Shown: piece by piece, positions 39,248-50,509 of the stretch
How the letters are laid out: the number at the start of each line of letters is the position of its first letter
How positions within the stretch are numbered: the stretch's first letter is position 1
Assembly (NCBI GenBank): GCA_964016885.1
Contig: OZ024741.1
Span: 144,398,001-144,462,000, forward strand
DNA length: 64,000 nucleotides
Reading direction: 5' to 3'
Origin: Eledone cirrhosa
Lineage: Eukaryota
Position numbers and translations under genes: made by a program
Notes under the pieces: generated by a model
What the model was told of the DNA's origin: nothing
The model's input: only the letters and a program-made list of their open reading frames with translations
Database searches by the model: none

Positions 39248-39328
39248 CACGCGCTGATGAACCATAGGCTATTCCATTTCAGTCAACAACTTCCTGGCGA
39301 AACCGATCTCTTTGGATTTGTACTCGTG
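39248..39328 (+). ncRNA. Type I hammerhead ribozyme motif
   Basis: CACGCG-CTGATGA-ACCA...TGGC-GAAAC..ATC/GAT..GTA-CTCGTG. Confidence 0.6.
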
Positions 39329-39576
39329 TGTTATATAGTTATAGAGGTGCGTATATACATTTTAATTTATATTTTTAATTAATGTATGTCTGTCCTGCCT
39401 TCCATAGATTATAGCTTCCATACACTGGTTGTTTTCCCAGTTTTATTGATGGCACACTATCTCTCTCTGGTGTGTTACCTTTTCAACATATTGTATTTTA
39501 AAGAGCTCAGGATTCTTTTTCCTTTGAGCACATTATTGACAGGGAATAACAAGAGTCTATGGCTCCGTTAATTTAT

Positions 39577-39616
<40 letters not shown>

Positions 39617-39621
<5 letters not shown>

Positions 39622-40222
39622 TCAGTATGTATACGTACATCCATATATGTATACATACGTACAGTAGTATGTATATATATACATACATGCACACATATAT
39701 GTACGTATGGGTTTACCGAACATTTATTATAATGTTCGGTTTGTTTGTAAACAAACAGCCCCAATTAAGCCGTACTGTGTTCGGCAACCATCGTTGCCCT
39801 TTTGTTCAACACTGACAAAGGAACGATGAACTAGTTTCAAGCTTATTAGCTATCGTCAGCATCGTATACCCTCCTGTCAGATGATTGAAGGTTTGAAAGT
39901 ATATACTTTCCTTATGCAGATTAACGGCTGAGCAGCCTAATTTGCATATCGAGTGAGTTAATCGGCCGGGCGTACCGAAAACGATAAATGGAAAAGAATG
40001 AAACAAAATTTCATTTCTCACTCTTAGTACGACTGATACTTAAATATCAGTATGTATACGTACATACATATATGTATACAGACGTACAGTAGTATGTATA
40101 TATATACATACATGCACACATATATATATGTACGTATGAGTTTGTCGAACATTTATTATAATGTTCGGTTTGTTTGTAAACAAACAGCCCGAATTAAGTC
40201 GTACAGTGTTCGGTAACCATCG
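39617..40222. repeat. Dispersed repeat with ~180-bp direct terminal repeats; homolog at 61415-61942
   Basis: 39617-39792 recurs at 40041-40222. Confidence 0.75.
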
Positions 40223-40668
40223 GTGTGTACGTCCATAAAGAATAATTAAATAAGGAAGAAATGAAAAAATAAAAAAAAGAATAACGTAAAATATAGGCCG
40301 GCAAATACGTTAAAAAAGCGTGAAAAAATATGTTCTGCCACAAAAAAAGCTATTAAAAAATTACAAAAGATATTTACGATCCCGCGAATAACCGGAACCG
40401 CGAATGCGGGGTACACTGTTTATATTATACATATGTGTGTGTAATTGTGTAAATATACGTATATATATATATATATATATATTGGTAAAAGGAAAAGAAA
40501 ATGCTGACAAATTGTTCCCAGTGAAAAATAGTTGAATTAGGAATAAGTAAAAATTAGTAATAAGTATTGGTTAGTATTCAGTTTTGGTTTTAAGTTTTTA
40601 CCGGTTGCGCATTTCTAATGCTTTTCAAAAATAATTTTGAGATAGAGCGCCCGTGATGTTTGCTCTAA

Positions 40669-40718
<50 letters not shown>

Positions 40719-40852
40719 CCACTGCCTTCTATCTTTACACACGGCACTAGACAAAATTGTTTCTTCATCATACACTCTCATCCGGGAACAGTTTTGTATG
40801 GCGCCAATTCGTGATTTGAACTCGGGAATTTTATATTCTCCGAGTGAGAAGA

Positions 40853-40936
40853 ACCCTCTGACGAAAGTCTTCTTCTCAATGAATTTCCGCATGGATTATC
40901 CATTCATTTTGAGACTTGAAACCGCGTGGTAAGGGT
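40853..40936 (+). ncRNA. Type I hammerhead ribozyme, intact core
   Basis: ACCCT-CTGACGA-AAGTCT...AGACTT-GAAACC GCGT GGTA-AGGGT. Confidence 0.75.
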
Positions 40937-41321
40937 AATTATAGCAGGTATAGTGAACTTTTTAAAATTTATTTAAAAACTTTTTCTTATTTGCTAAACC
41001 TTGATTATATATGTTCTGGCTCGTTAATTTATTAACCTGCCATAGAACCACATTGGTATACGGTTGGATAATACATGTGTGCTTATATGTATTTTGCATG
41101 TAGGAAAACATACTTTATTATTATTAATCTCCCCTGGTCGAGATAACATTTTGGTCGTTTTAACTGCTGCTATTTCTAGTGGCAGTAGATTGACCTTTCC
41201 GCCGCTGCCTTCTATCTTTACACACGGTACTACACAAAATTGTTTCTTCATCATACACTCTCATCCGGGAAGAGTTCTGTATGGCGCCAGTTCGTGAATT
41301 TATATTCCCCGAGTGAGAAGA

Positions 41322-41405
41322 ACCCGCTGACGAAAGTCTTCTTCTCAATGGATTTCCGCATGGATTATCCATTTACTTTGAGACTTGAAACCGCGCGGTA
41401 AAGGT
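41322..41405 (+). ncRNA. Type I hammerhead ribozyme, second tandem copy
   Basis: Same core as the first copy; stem I weakened (ACCCG/AAGGT). Confidence 0.65.
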
Positions 41406-41472
41406 AATTATAGCAGGTATAGTGAACTTTTTAAAATTTATTTTAAAACTTTTTCTTATTTGCTAAAATTTG

Positions 41473-41572
<100 letters not shown>

Positions 41573-41584
41573 CACACATATGTA

Positions 41585-41787
41585 CGTATGGGTTATATCG
41601 AAGAATAATTGCAAACAAACGGCCCGATTAAAGCTGTGCCATGTCGATGATAAATCGTCATCCGTTTGGTCAACACTGGCATTGAAGAACAATCAATATG
41701 TTTCTGGGTCATTACTCTTTATCAGGACTGAATACCTCAGCCGTAACTTGCTCGGTATGCAAATTAATGTTCGATATAACCCATACG
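41585..41787. mobile_element. Tc1/mariner-type MITE; inverted relative at ~42000-42320
   Basis: Perfect 18-bp TIR CGTATGGGTTATATCGAA with TA flanks. Confidence 0.75.
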
Positions 41788-41843
41788 TACATATGTATAT
41801 GTACACACACACACACACACACACACACACTACATATGTATAT

Positions 41844-41934
<91 letters not shown>

Positions 41935-43049
41935 ATAAATATATATATATATATAGATATATGTATGTAAATGTGTATGCGTATATGTTTATGTGTGTAC
42001 GTATGCATATTTACATTTATGTATCTCAACTGTTCTAGGGCGAGAAATAAAATTTTACTTTTAGTTTTCGGCAAGACCAGCCGTAACTCACTCAGTATGC
42101 AAATGAGGCTACTCAACCGATGTGCACTTAAGAAAATGCTATATATTTTCAACTGTTCAACAGATAAAGAGTAATGACCCAGAAACATGTTGATTGTTTC
42201 TCAATGCCAGTGTTGAACAAATGGGTGACGATTTGTCATCTACATGGCACAGCTTTACTCGGGCTGTTTCTTTACAAACGAATCGAATATTATAATTAAT
42301 GTTTGATATAACCCATCCGTGTAGATATATTGTCTTTAAAGCATTGGAATATCCGAGACCCCAGTAGACAACTGATGAAGAAAGCTCCTCTCCGTTCTTG
42401 CTTTCTTCTCAGTTTTAAGCCTACTTTAACTAGCAACTACACAGCCTTCCTATTCTCCATTTATTTTATTATGTTTCGCTGTGACCTGTCTTCTCTTTCC
42501 TTCTACATTCCTATTTCGTTGCTCTACTATTTCCCCTCTTTCTTCCTCTTCCTTTCTCTCTCTCACTTTCACTCAGCCTTTCTCTGCCAGACCCCCTCTT
42601 TGTTTCCCTCGCCTGACCCTCTAGCAGTCCTTTTCTCACTTACACACGCTGGGACCAGACGGGTTTTTTCATTCGTTCACACACTTTAGAACTTACGTTC
42701 AGCACCGTTGTGTACTTGGATTTTCTTTCTTGAAGCTGCTCGCACATTCTCCGGTTTGTTGTTTTTTCGCTGTTTTTCTCTTTTCTTCCCTTTTCCCCCC
42801 TTTCCTTTCTATTTTCCTCCCTTCTCTTCTCCTTTTTCCCAATAACTTACCTAGTTATTGAACGCTCTGCGGGTAGATATATTGTCTTTAAAGGGTTGAA
42901 ATATCCGAGACCCCCAGTAGACAACTGATGAGGAACCCCTCCCCCTCATCGTTCTTGCTTTCTTCTCAATTTTAAGCCTATATATATATATACAAGGAAA
43001 AGAAATCGAAAATGCAACTGGAGTCTTTTTAAGAATATTTATTTATTTC

Positions 43050-43085
43050 CTTTACCGGTTTCACAGTTCTTATGCTTTTCAAAAG
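43050..43085 (-). ncRNA. Minimal type I hammerhead with U3-A8 core (UUGAAAA)
   Basis: CTT-TTGAAAA-GCA TAAGAAC TGT-GAAACCGGTA-AAG. Confidence 0.55.
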
Positions 43086-43403
43086 TAGAATTGAGATGAA
43101 GGGTTTGTGATTTTCCTCGCATCTGGTTGGTGTTCGAAAGTTCTTTTTGTTTTGTGGAAAGAGTGGCTCGAATTGTTGGTTTTATATAAATGTAATTTGG
43201 TTGGTTGATGACTGTCTCATGAATAAGTACATCAAATTTCGCACCAGTTCGTATTTATTGCCATTTTCACATGATTGGCCATATAATATAGGCACCAGAA
43301 AAAAGATGGTTTGTCATAGAAAGTTTAAATTGTTAAAATATTAACGTATGTTAAAGTATATTTAGCTCTGGTCTTTTATTTTCGAATATAGAAGAGAGCG
43401 TAT

Positions 43404-43473
<70 letters not shown>

Positions 43474-43853
43474 TGTGGATGGTTAGCATGTAATGGTGTT
43501 AACATATTAACATGTATTAAACTATATTTTCCTTATTTATTCGTATTTAGTCTGTTGTATTGTCAGTGCAAAGATAAAGTGGGAAGACTTGGAATTTGGG
43601 TGTCTTATCGTTTGCACATATGTCTAGATGTCCACTGAGTGGCAGCTGTCTTGTGGTAAGGTCTCGTAATTGTTGGCGATGAATTGTCATTCTGTTTCTG
43701 AGGGTGAGTTTAGCTTACACACACACAAACACACGCATACTCCGCATATATATATATATATTTAAAAGTTAAACAAGGTTCAATGAATACATCAAAGAAT
43801 GGGTTTTACAATAGATTGGAAGCACTCAATCGAAAGGTTTTCCAGAGTTATTA

Positions 43854-46800
43854 ATATTAATTCAAAATAGTAACAAAATAGATATTCTTGTGATCAATTA
43901 TATTGTATTATACATATTTCAGAGGTACTGAGTTAAGTTCAACAGTACGTCCTCATCAGATAAAATAAAATGATACATGACAGACCCTGACATAGTAGAT
44001 GGTTAAGATTCAGTCATGGTAGTGATTAACTTATGACAAAACTCAATATTTATACCCTAATATTGAGAACATGAGTATTGGACCCGCTCAGATAGAAATA
44101 GAAACTTCGTCATTACCATGGGATCTTCTGATTCAGCGCAAATCACGGATCTTCTGGGGATTTCATCTTAAATATGATAAATAGAAAACTGCCGGAGATT
44201 ACCGGTGGTTTATATAGGGACGATATTTTATTTACGGTTGTTAAACACAACAATATAGAACTAATTAGAGTAAAGAAAAATATAATTGAATTCTTTAAAA
44301 ATTACGACCTTAAACTAGAGGTAGAAAGTGGTACCAAAATAGTTAATTTCCTTGATGTTACCCTTAACTTAAACTCGGGTTTTTATTACCTTTTCCATAA
44401 GTCCAATAAAAACTTAAATTACGTTAGTTATTACTTTAATCACCCTAAATCTGTAAAAAAAGCAATTGTAAATAGCGTACAAAAACGCATAAATAGAATA
44501 TCTGCCAATAAATCAATCTTTGATGAAAATGCAGGATATTACAATGACGCGCTAAAAAGACAGGTTATAAAACTAATATAGAATATATAGACAGTAATAA
44601 TCCGAGTCTTAATCCTGATAAAAAATAATGGCATATATAAACGAAATTCTATAAATTCTAATAATTGTAATTCAAACACCTGTACTGTGAATAAATCGGG
44701 GAAAAGAACCACAACTAAATCAGTTATATGGTTTGCCCCCCGCCCCCGCTTCTGTAGCAGTAAGAACACCAATAGCTAATCTATTTTTTAAAGCTTTAGA
44801 TAGTTCATTCCCTAGTCAACATAAATACCACTCCATATTTGATAGACACATAATTAAACCGTCTTATTATACAACAATGAATATGGCCCAAAACATCGCT
44901 AAAATAAACAGTATAATTCTAAACCCAAATCAACATAATGATATTAATAATAGTGTTAATATAAATAATAACAAATCAAAATGTAATTGTAGAAATAAAC
45001 CAGATTCCACTCTGCAAAATAATTGTCTGGATAGAAATCTGGTGCACCGTAAAAACAAATAACAACACATACAACTATATAGGAGCAACTACTTCGACTT
45101 TTAAATCGAGATTTGCGAATCACAAATGCTCATTTTCGAATTTTAATAGGAAGTCTTCGACTTCTTTATCACAACTTATATGGTCATTAAAAGACAAAAA
45201 TTTAAAATACTCGATCTTTTGGACGAAGCTTTGTAATAGTAAAATATATACCAACTCATCCATATCAATTAACTGCAACCTCTGTACAAAGGAGGCCCTA
45301 TTAATAATTACTAATTATGAAAACTTAATTAACAAAAAAAGTGAATTATTCTCAAACTGCCTTCATAAAGCTTTGTTTACATTCCAAGTCTCGCAAAAAG
45401 TCAGGAAAAAACAGTAAACAATCAGGCCTGATTTTTGACGTTTCTTATCAAAAAAAGTCATAACGGTTTATAAAACTTTAATAATGCTTTATCTTCTAAT
45501 CATGATAGAATGAAGGACACTCGTTTGATAACTTGTTTACTTGATAGATATTCATACCTTATGATCTTTTGGATATTTATAATTTTGATTCAGATATGTA
45601 TTTATCTGTCTCTGTTTTAAATATATAGTTTGGATATTTGTAAATTTACTGATTATAATTGAACTGTGGATCATTCATGCGTTTCGTATTTTATTTTATA
45701 TATTTTACTAATTTTGAGTATGTTTTGGGGGACTCAGTAAGTTAGATTTGCATTTGTTTTTTTTATGTATATCTAGGTATAAATATAACAAACCATATCA
45801 GCCGACACATATTGGTCTATCTCTCCACTGAACTGTAGGTAAAACTACATTTATAGCATTACTAATAATGATTATAATTATTATTTTTTATTAAACGTAT
45901 GCCGTTTCATTAATACCTATATATAGTTGTACAGATATCTTTATCTAGTGTAATAACATAATCGTAGTTACATTTATAAATAATTTAGACACTCAAATGA
46001 CTTTATATTGTTATAAGTGTTTGATATTCCCTGGAAGGTCGAACTTATATAATCATTTACTTAATATGATATAATTTAATTTAACTTATTTTATTTTATT
46101 TTATTTTAATTAAAATTAGATTACCTTCGACTTTTTCAAATATTTAGCTCCTCCTTATATCACATTCGCTAAAATATTTTAGATATATCTTTTCTATACT
46201 ATATTAAAACCCTATTGCATTTAGAATATATTTTTAATATCGGGCATCTTCAAGTTTCGCAAACAATTCATTTTCTTTTATTTGTATATTTATTTTGTAT
46301 CTAACCCCTATCATTAAGACTCATATAGTTTTGACTTATATCTTTATAGTATATATCAACTAAATGAAAATAATTGATATAAAACATTAATTCTTTAGCA
46401 ATATTTTTAACAACATTTTTAACTATATATATTTTTGAACAATATTTTCAGTAACTTATTTACTTTATTGCATTATTGCATTATTGTATTATATTATATA
46501 TATTTGAAAAGTATCACCTCAATTATAAACAAATAATAAACTATAATCTTTGTATTCTTTGATCAATACATATATATAATTAAAAATTTGGACTTATTTA
46601 TGTTTAGTTATAAGGCCGGTTGATACTTTAGGCACTCAAACTATTTAACAATAAATTCTTTAATAATTATAACTATAATTATTTTATAAATTATATTATA
46701 GAAACTGTTGTCAATATTATAAATAATTTTGGTAAAGATTACCTTCGTGAAGTTATAAAAGCATTATAGATATTTTCTTTCTCGTGTTTCGTAAATCCTT

Positions 46801-47451
46801 TAAATTTGTTTTCATAAAATTTGAATTTTAGAAATTAAACATAATTATATTATAATATTAATACAAATATCTATTAACTTTTAAAAACCTAAAATATTAA
46901 TCATTACCCTGAAATAACTTAAATTAAATATTTTGAAAATTAACCGCCAACTATATTATTTTGGACATGTGTTGCTTATATGGAGATCTGTGTATATAAA
47001 CTTGAACATAAATTACTCCCCTTTGTCTCTCTCTCTTTGATCATCTTTCATCTGTTTTTTCAGGCCACCTACTAAATGTATTATCACATCGGCTGTTTCT
47101 TCCTCTATGCTTTCCTTTCCCTCCTCTTTCTCCAGTAGTTTTTAAAAATTAAAAACATTTTATAACTGTTATATTGATGCCATATATTTCTTAAACTCTA
47201 TTACACGCACTCTCTCTATTGTTTGTATTATATTATCTCATGTTCTCAATATTAGGGTATAAATATTGAGTTTTGTCATGAGTTAATCACTACCATGACT
47301 GAATCTTAAACATCTACTATGTCAGGGTATGTCATGTATCATTTTATTTTATCTGATGAGGACGTACTGTTGAACTTAACTCAGTACCTCTGAAATATAT
47401 ATAATACAATATAATTGATCACAAGAATATCTATTTTGTTAATATTTTGAA

Positions 47452-47458
<7 letters not shown>
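43854..47458 (+). mobile_element. Penelope-like element, 5'-truncated, with an inverted pseudo-LTR at its 5' end
   Basis: RT remnants (MGSSDSAQITDL, GLYRDD, VNFLDV) and GIY-YIG (CNCRNK..NCL, YIGAT..FKSRFANHK); ~222-bp inverted arms at 43854-44075 and 47237-47458. Confidence 0.88.
47345..47411 (+). ncRNA. Type I hammerhead in Penelope pseudo-LTR (inverted copy at ~43900-43968)
   Basis: TATTTTAT-CTGATGA-..GTACTG/CAGTAC..-GAAATATATATA-ATACAATA. Confidence 0.65.
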
Positions 47459-47530
<72 letters not shown>

Positions 47531-47624
47531 ATGTGTGTACGTATGCATACTTACATATATATATGTGTGTGTGTGTGTGTGTGTTATATGTGCACACATA
47601 TATATAAACGAATATCTATATATG

Positions 47625-47692
<68 letters not shown>

Positions 47693-47693
<1 letters not shown>

Positions 47694-48205
47694 CTTTCTT
47701 TATTAACCACAAGGGTTGACACAAAGTATAACATTAAGGACAACACAGGACAATACAAATGGGCATTTCTGCGTGTAAAAAAAAAACAAAAACAGAGTAT
47801 GTGACAAAAAAGGAAACAATGAAAAATTCCCCAATAGGGGAGTGACCTCCGAGGGTTGCTCGAGGAGAAAGCCCACAAGAAAAGCCACGGTTACACTGAC
47901 CGCTAGGGCAAATGCCCTCTTCCAGTTTTCTTCCTACAATGCTACAGGCACACGCTCAGGGTAGACCCATTCCCACGGGCCATTCTTGCCTCTCTCACCC
48001 ACCTTTCAACAAACTGGCTGGAGGTCAGCACTTTCCTCTCCACCCTGATTTTCCTCTTCAGGTGAAACCTGAAAAAGTTAATGAGGGCGTCACCGAAGAG
48101 GAAAGTACCGGTCCTCAACCCTTTCAAACGTGTCCACCATACAATCTCTTTTACCATGGCCACCAGGCAGATAAAAACTGCCCCCCCTCCTCTACAAGGC
48201 CAGCG
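47693..48205 (-). mobile_element. Tx1-like LINE 3' fragment ending in (ATT)n
   Basis: MVKEIVWWTRLKGLRT..FFRFHLKRKIRVE..RWVREARM; AATAAA followed by (ATT)n. Confidence 0.85.
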
Positions 48206-48368
48206 ATTACCTCAGTGCACCACTGGTACTTTATTTTATCGACCTCGTAAGGATGAAAGGCAAAGTTAACCTCGGCGGATTTGAACTCAGAACACAAATG
48301 GCCATAACTATGCTGCAAATAATAATAATAATAAAAAGGACGATTTATGTCTTCATTACGTTTATGGA

Positions 48369-48456
48369 GTAGTGACGTGCGTTTCGCCATTGATCAGCTC
48401 AAGGTTTGATCTGTACGATCTAGCTTGACTCTGGAATCAAAAGCTCATCGGACTTC
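48369..48456 (-). ncRNA. Hammerhead motif with long stem II insert, core CCGATGA (mutated)
   Basis: AGT-CCGATGA-GC...GC-GAAACGCACGTC-ACT; related to the arms of the 61020-61256 hairpin. Confidence 0.5.
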
Positions 48457-48887
48457 TGTACCTCTATAAATTTATGCACACACTTATTGCATTTCCAATT
48501 TCACTTAAATTGCTACAATAAGAAGTTCGTTTTCCCAGCGAAAGTTCATGTGTTCTAACACTACATTTGTCCATGTATGTAGTTCTCTCCAAAGTGCCTC
48601 ATACATTGAAACCTGTATGTCATTTGTACGTATATTTATGTAATTTGTACGTACATTTATGTAATTGCATCTGAACAACAAATTATTCAAAAATCAGTTT
48701 GATATTAATCACTTCAGCGTGTCAGTAATCAATATAAACTATAGAATTTCCCATGCAAACCAGAAACTTATAAAAACGCAAATTTTCCAGTTCATATGGT
48801 TGTTGATATATCCAGTAACCCTGGTATATATGGCATACCAATGCCAAACTCCAAAGATTACATTCAAGTTTATTGCCGTCATTATTG

Positions 48888-49080
48888 AGGGTGGTGGATT
48901 GGCAGTATCGGTAGAGCGCCAGACAACATCCTTTGTAACATAGCATTTATGGTCCTTTACGTTCTGAGTTCAAATCCCGCCGATGTTAGCTTCGCCTTTC
49001 ATCCTTACGGGGTCGATAAAATAAAGTATATCTCATGCACTGGGGTCGATTTAATCGCCCCCACCCAAATTGCTGGTACA
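48888..49080 (+). mobile_element. tRNA-derived SINE
   Basis: Same family as 16033-16225. Confidence 0.8.
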
Positions 49081-49934
49081 ACTCAGTCAGAAACCTTTAT
49101 TGACGGTACACGTTTACTAATACTCAAGAACCACACATCAGATATCCTCGGGTCCCAAATAATATGGGGGGTGAGAATAAGCGGGTGAGGATGGGTTGGA
49201 ATAAGGTCGCGGGGTGGATGGTGGAAAAAATCTGAAAAATTAATAAGCGCTGGGGGAGAGGGGCATTATTCGAGACTCGATAGTACCTGAAATTATCTAG
49301 CTATCCTACATCCTTTAGGTAACTGGTGAATAGTTTGCAATGAGAAATTGCAATCAGAAGTCTGCCACATACTATTATAATATCACCAATTTCTCTCTAA
49401 CTATTCAGTAATACACCAATACAAAAATCTCTAGCAGTGTCTCTTCAAGTAACTCTAGGTGTATGTTTTCTTATATATTATTAAAAAATATATAAGAAAA
49501 AGTGTATATTCATATATATGTGTGTATGTATGTGCGTGTATACACGCACATACACACATATACATGCATGTAGGTGTTTATGCGTATTTGATACAGCCAT
49601 AAAGTTACGTCGTGCTTGTGTTATATGTATATATATATATATATAAATAGAATTTAGCTTCAGGCATAGCTATATACGGATATGTATAGAAATTTCGTAT
49701 TTCTAAAGAAACACAGTAAGCTTACAGGGTAAACATTTAAGAAGCCGTAGCTATGCAAAAAACACCGGGGCTAACGCCCTCTAGTGGTGTCCAGCAGAAG
49801 CAAGGGGGACAATCGTCGATGCTTTTAAGACTTAACTCATCTTCATCCCAATAATTATATTTTTCTCCCCAAACTAACAAAACACACATCTATTTGTATA
49901 TACGCTACAATTTATGTACATGTTATGTAAAGAC

Positions 49935-50262
49935 AGATGGGAGAGATAGATATAGATATAGAGAGGGGGGGAGAGTTTGGTGTTAATTGATATAGAGAGG
50001 AAATTGGTAGAGACTGTTGTATGGTTGATGTAGACAAGGGGAGCGTTTGGTGGCAATGAATAGAGCGAGAGGATTGATAAAGATAGGTATTGATAGATAT
50101 AGAGAGGGGGGAGAGTTTAGTAGTGATGGATAGAGTGAGAAGGAATGAGAGAGTGTCTGGTATGGTAGATGTAGAGAGGGGGATAGTTTGGTGGTAATTG
50201 ATATGGTGAGGTGGTTTGGGAGAGTGTGTTGATAAAGTGGGGAGGAGAAATTGATGTTTATT
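49935..50262. repeat. Degenerate GA-rich ~30-bp minisatellite, resuming at 55845-56200
   Basis: Recurring GATATAGAGAGGGGGAGAGTTT units on both sides of the LINE. Confidence 0.7.
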
Positions 50263-50509
50263 GATATATATTTCTATTTATTTGCCACCAGGGCATCAAA
50301 GATTGGGACAAATACAAAGGGGGGAGTTTACATACATTTAAAAAGACGTGTAAAAAACATATAACAAATTAAATTTAACAATCGATGTCCTCAATAGGGA
50401 GGGGCGTTGACATGGGTCGCACAGACCCTCGAAAAAATGTGCAACCCTCCTCTTCAGGAGCACACAGAGCGGGTGCTTCCTTCCTCTTCTCATTCTTCTC
50501 CTCTCTCAC

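Noticed and set aside
42372-42415. CTGATGA followed by a stem
   Set aside because: No GAAA or stem III; it is part of a simple hairpin.
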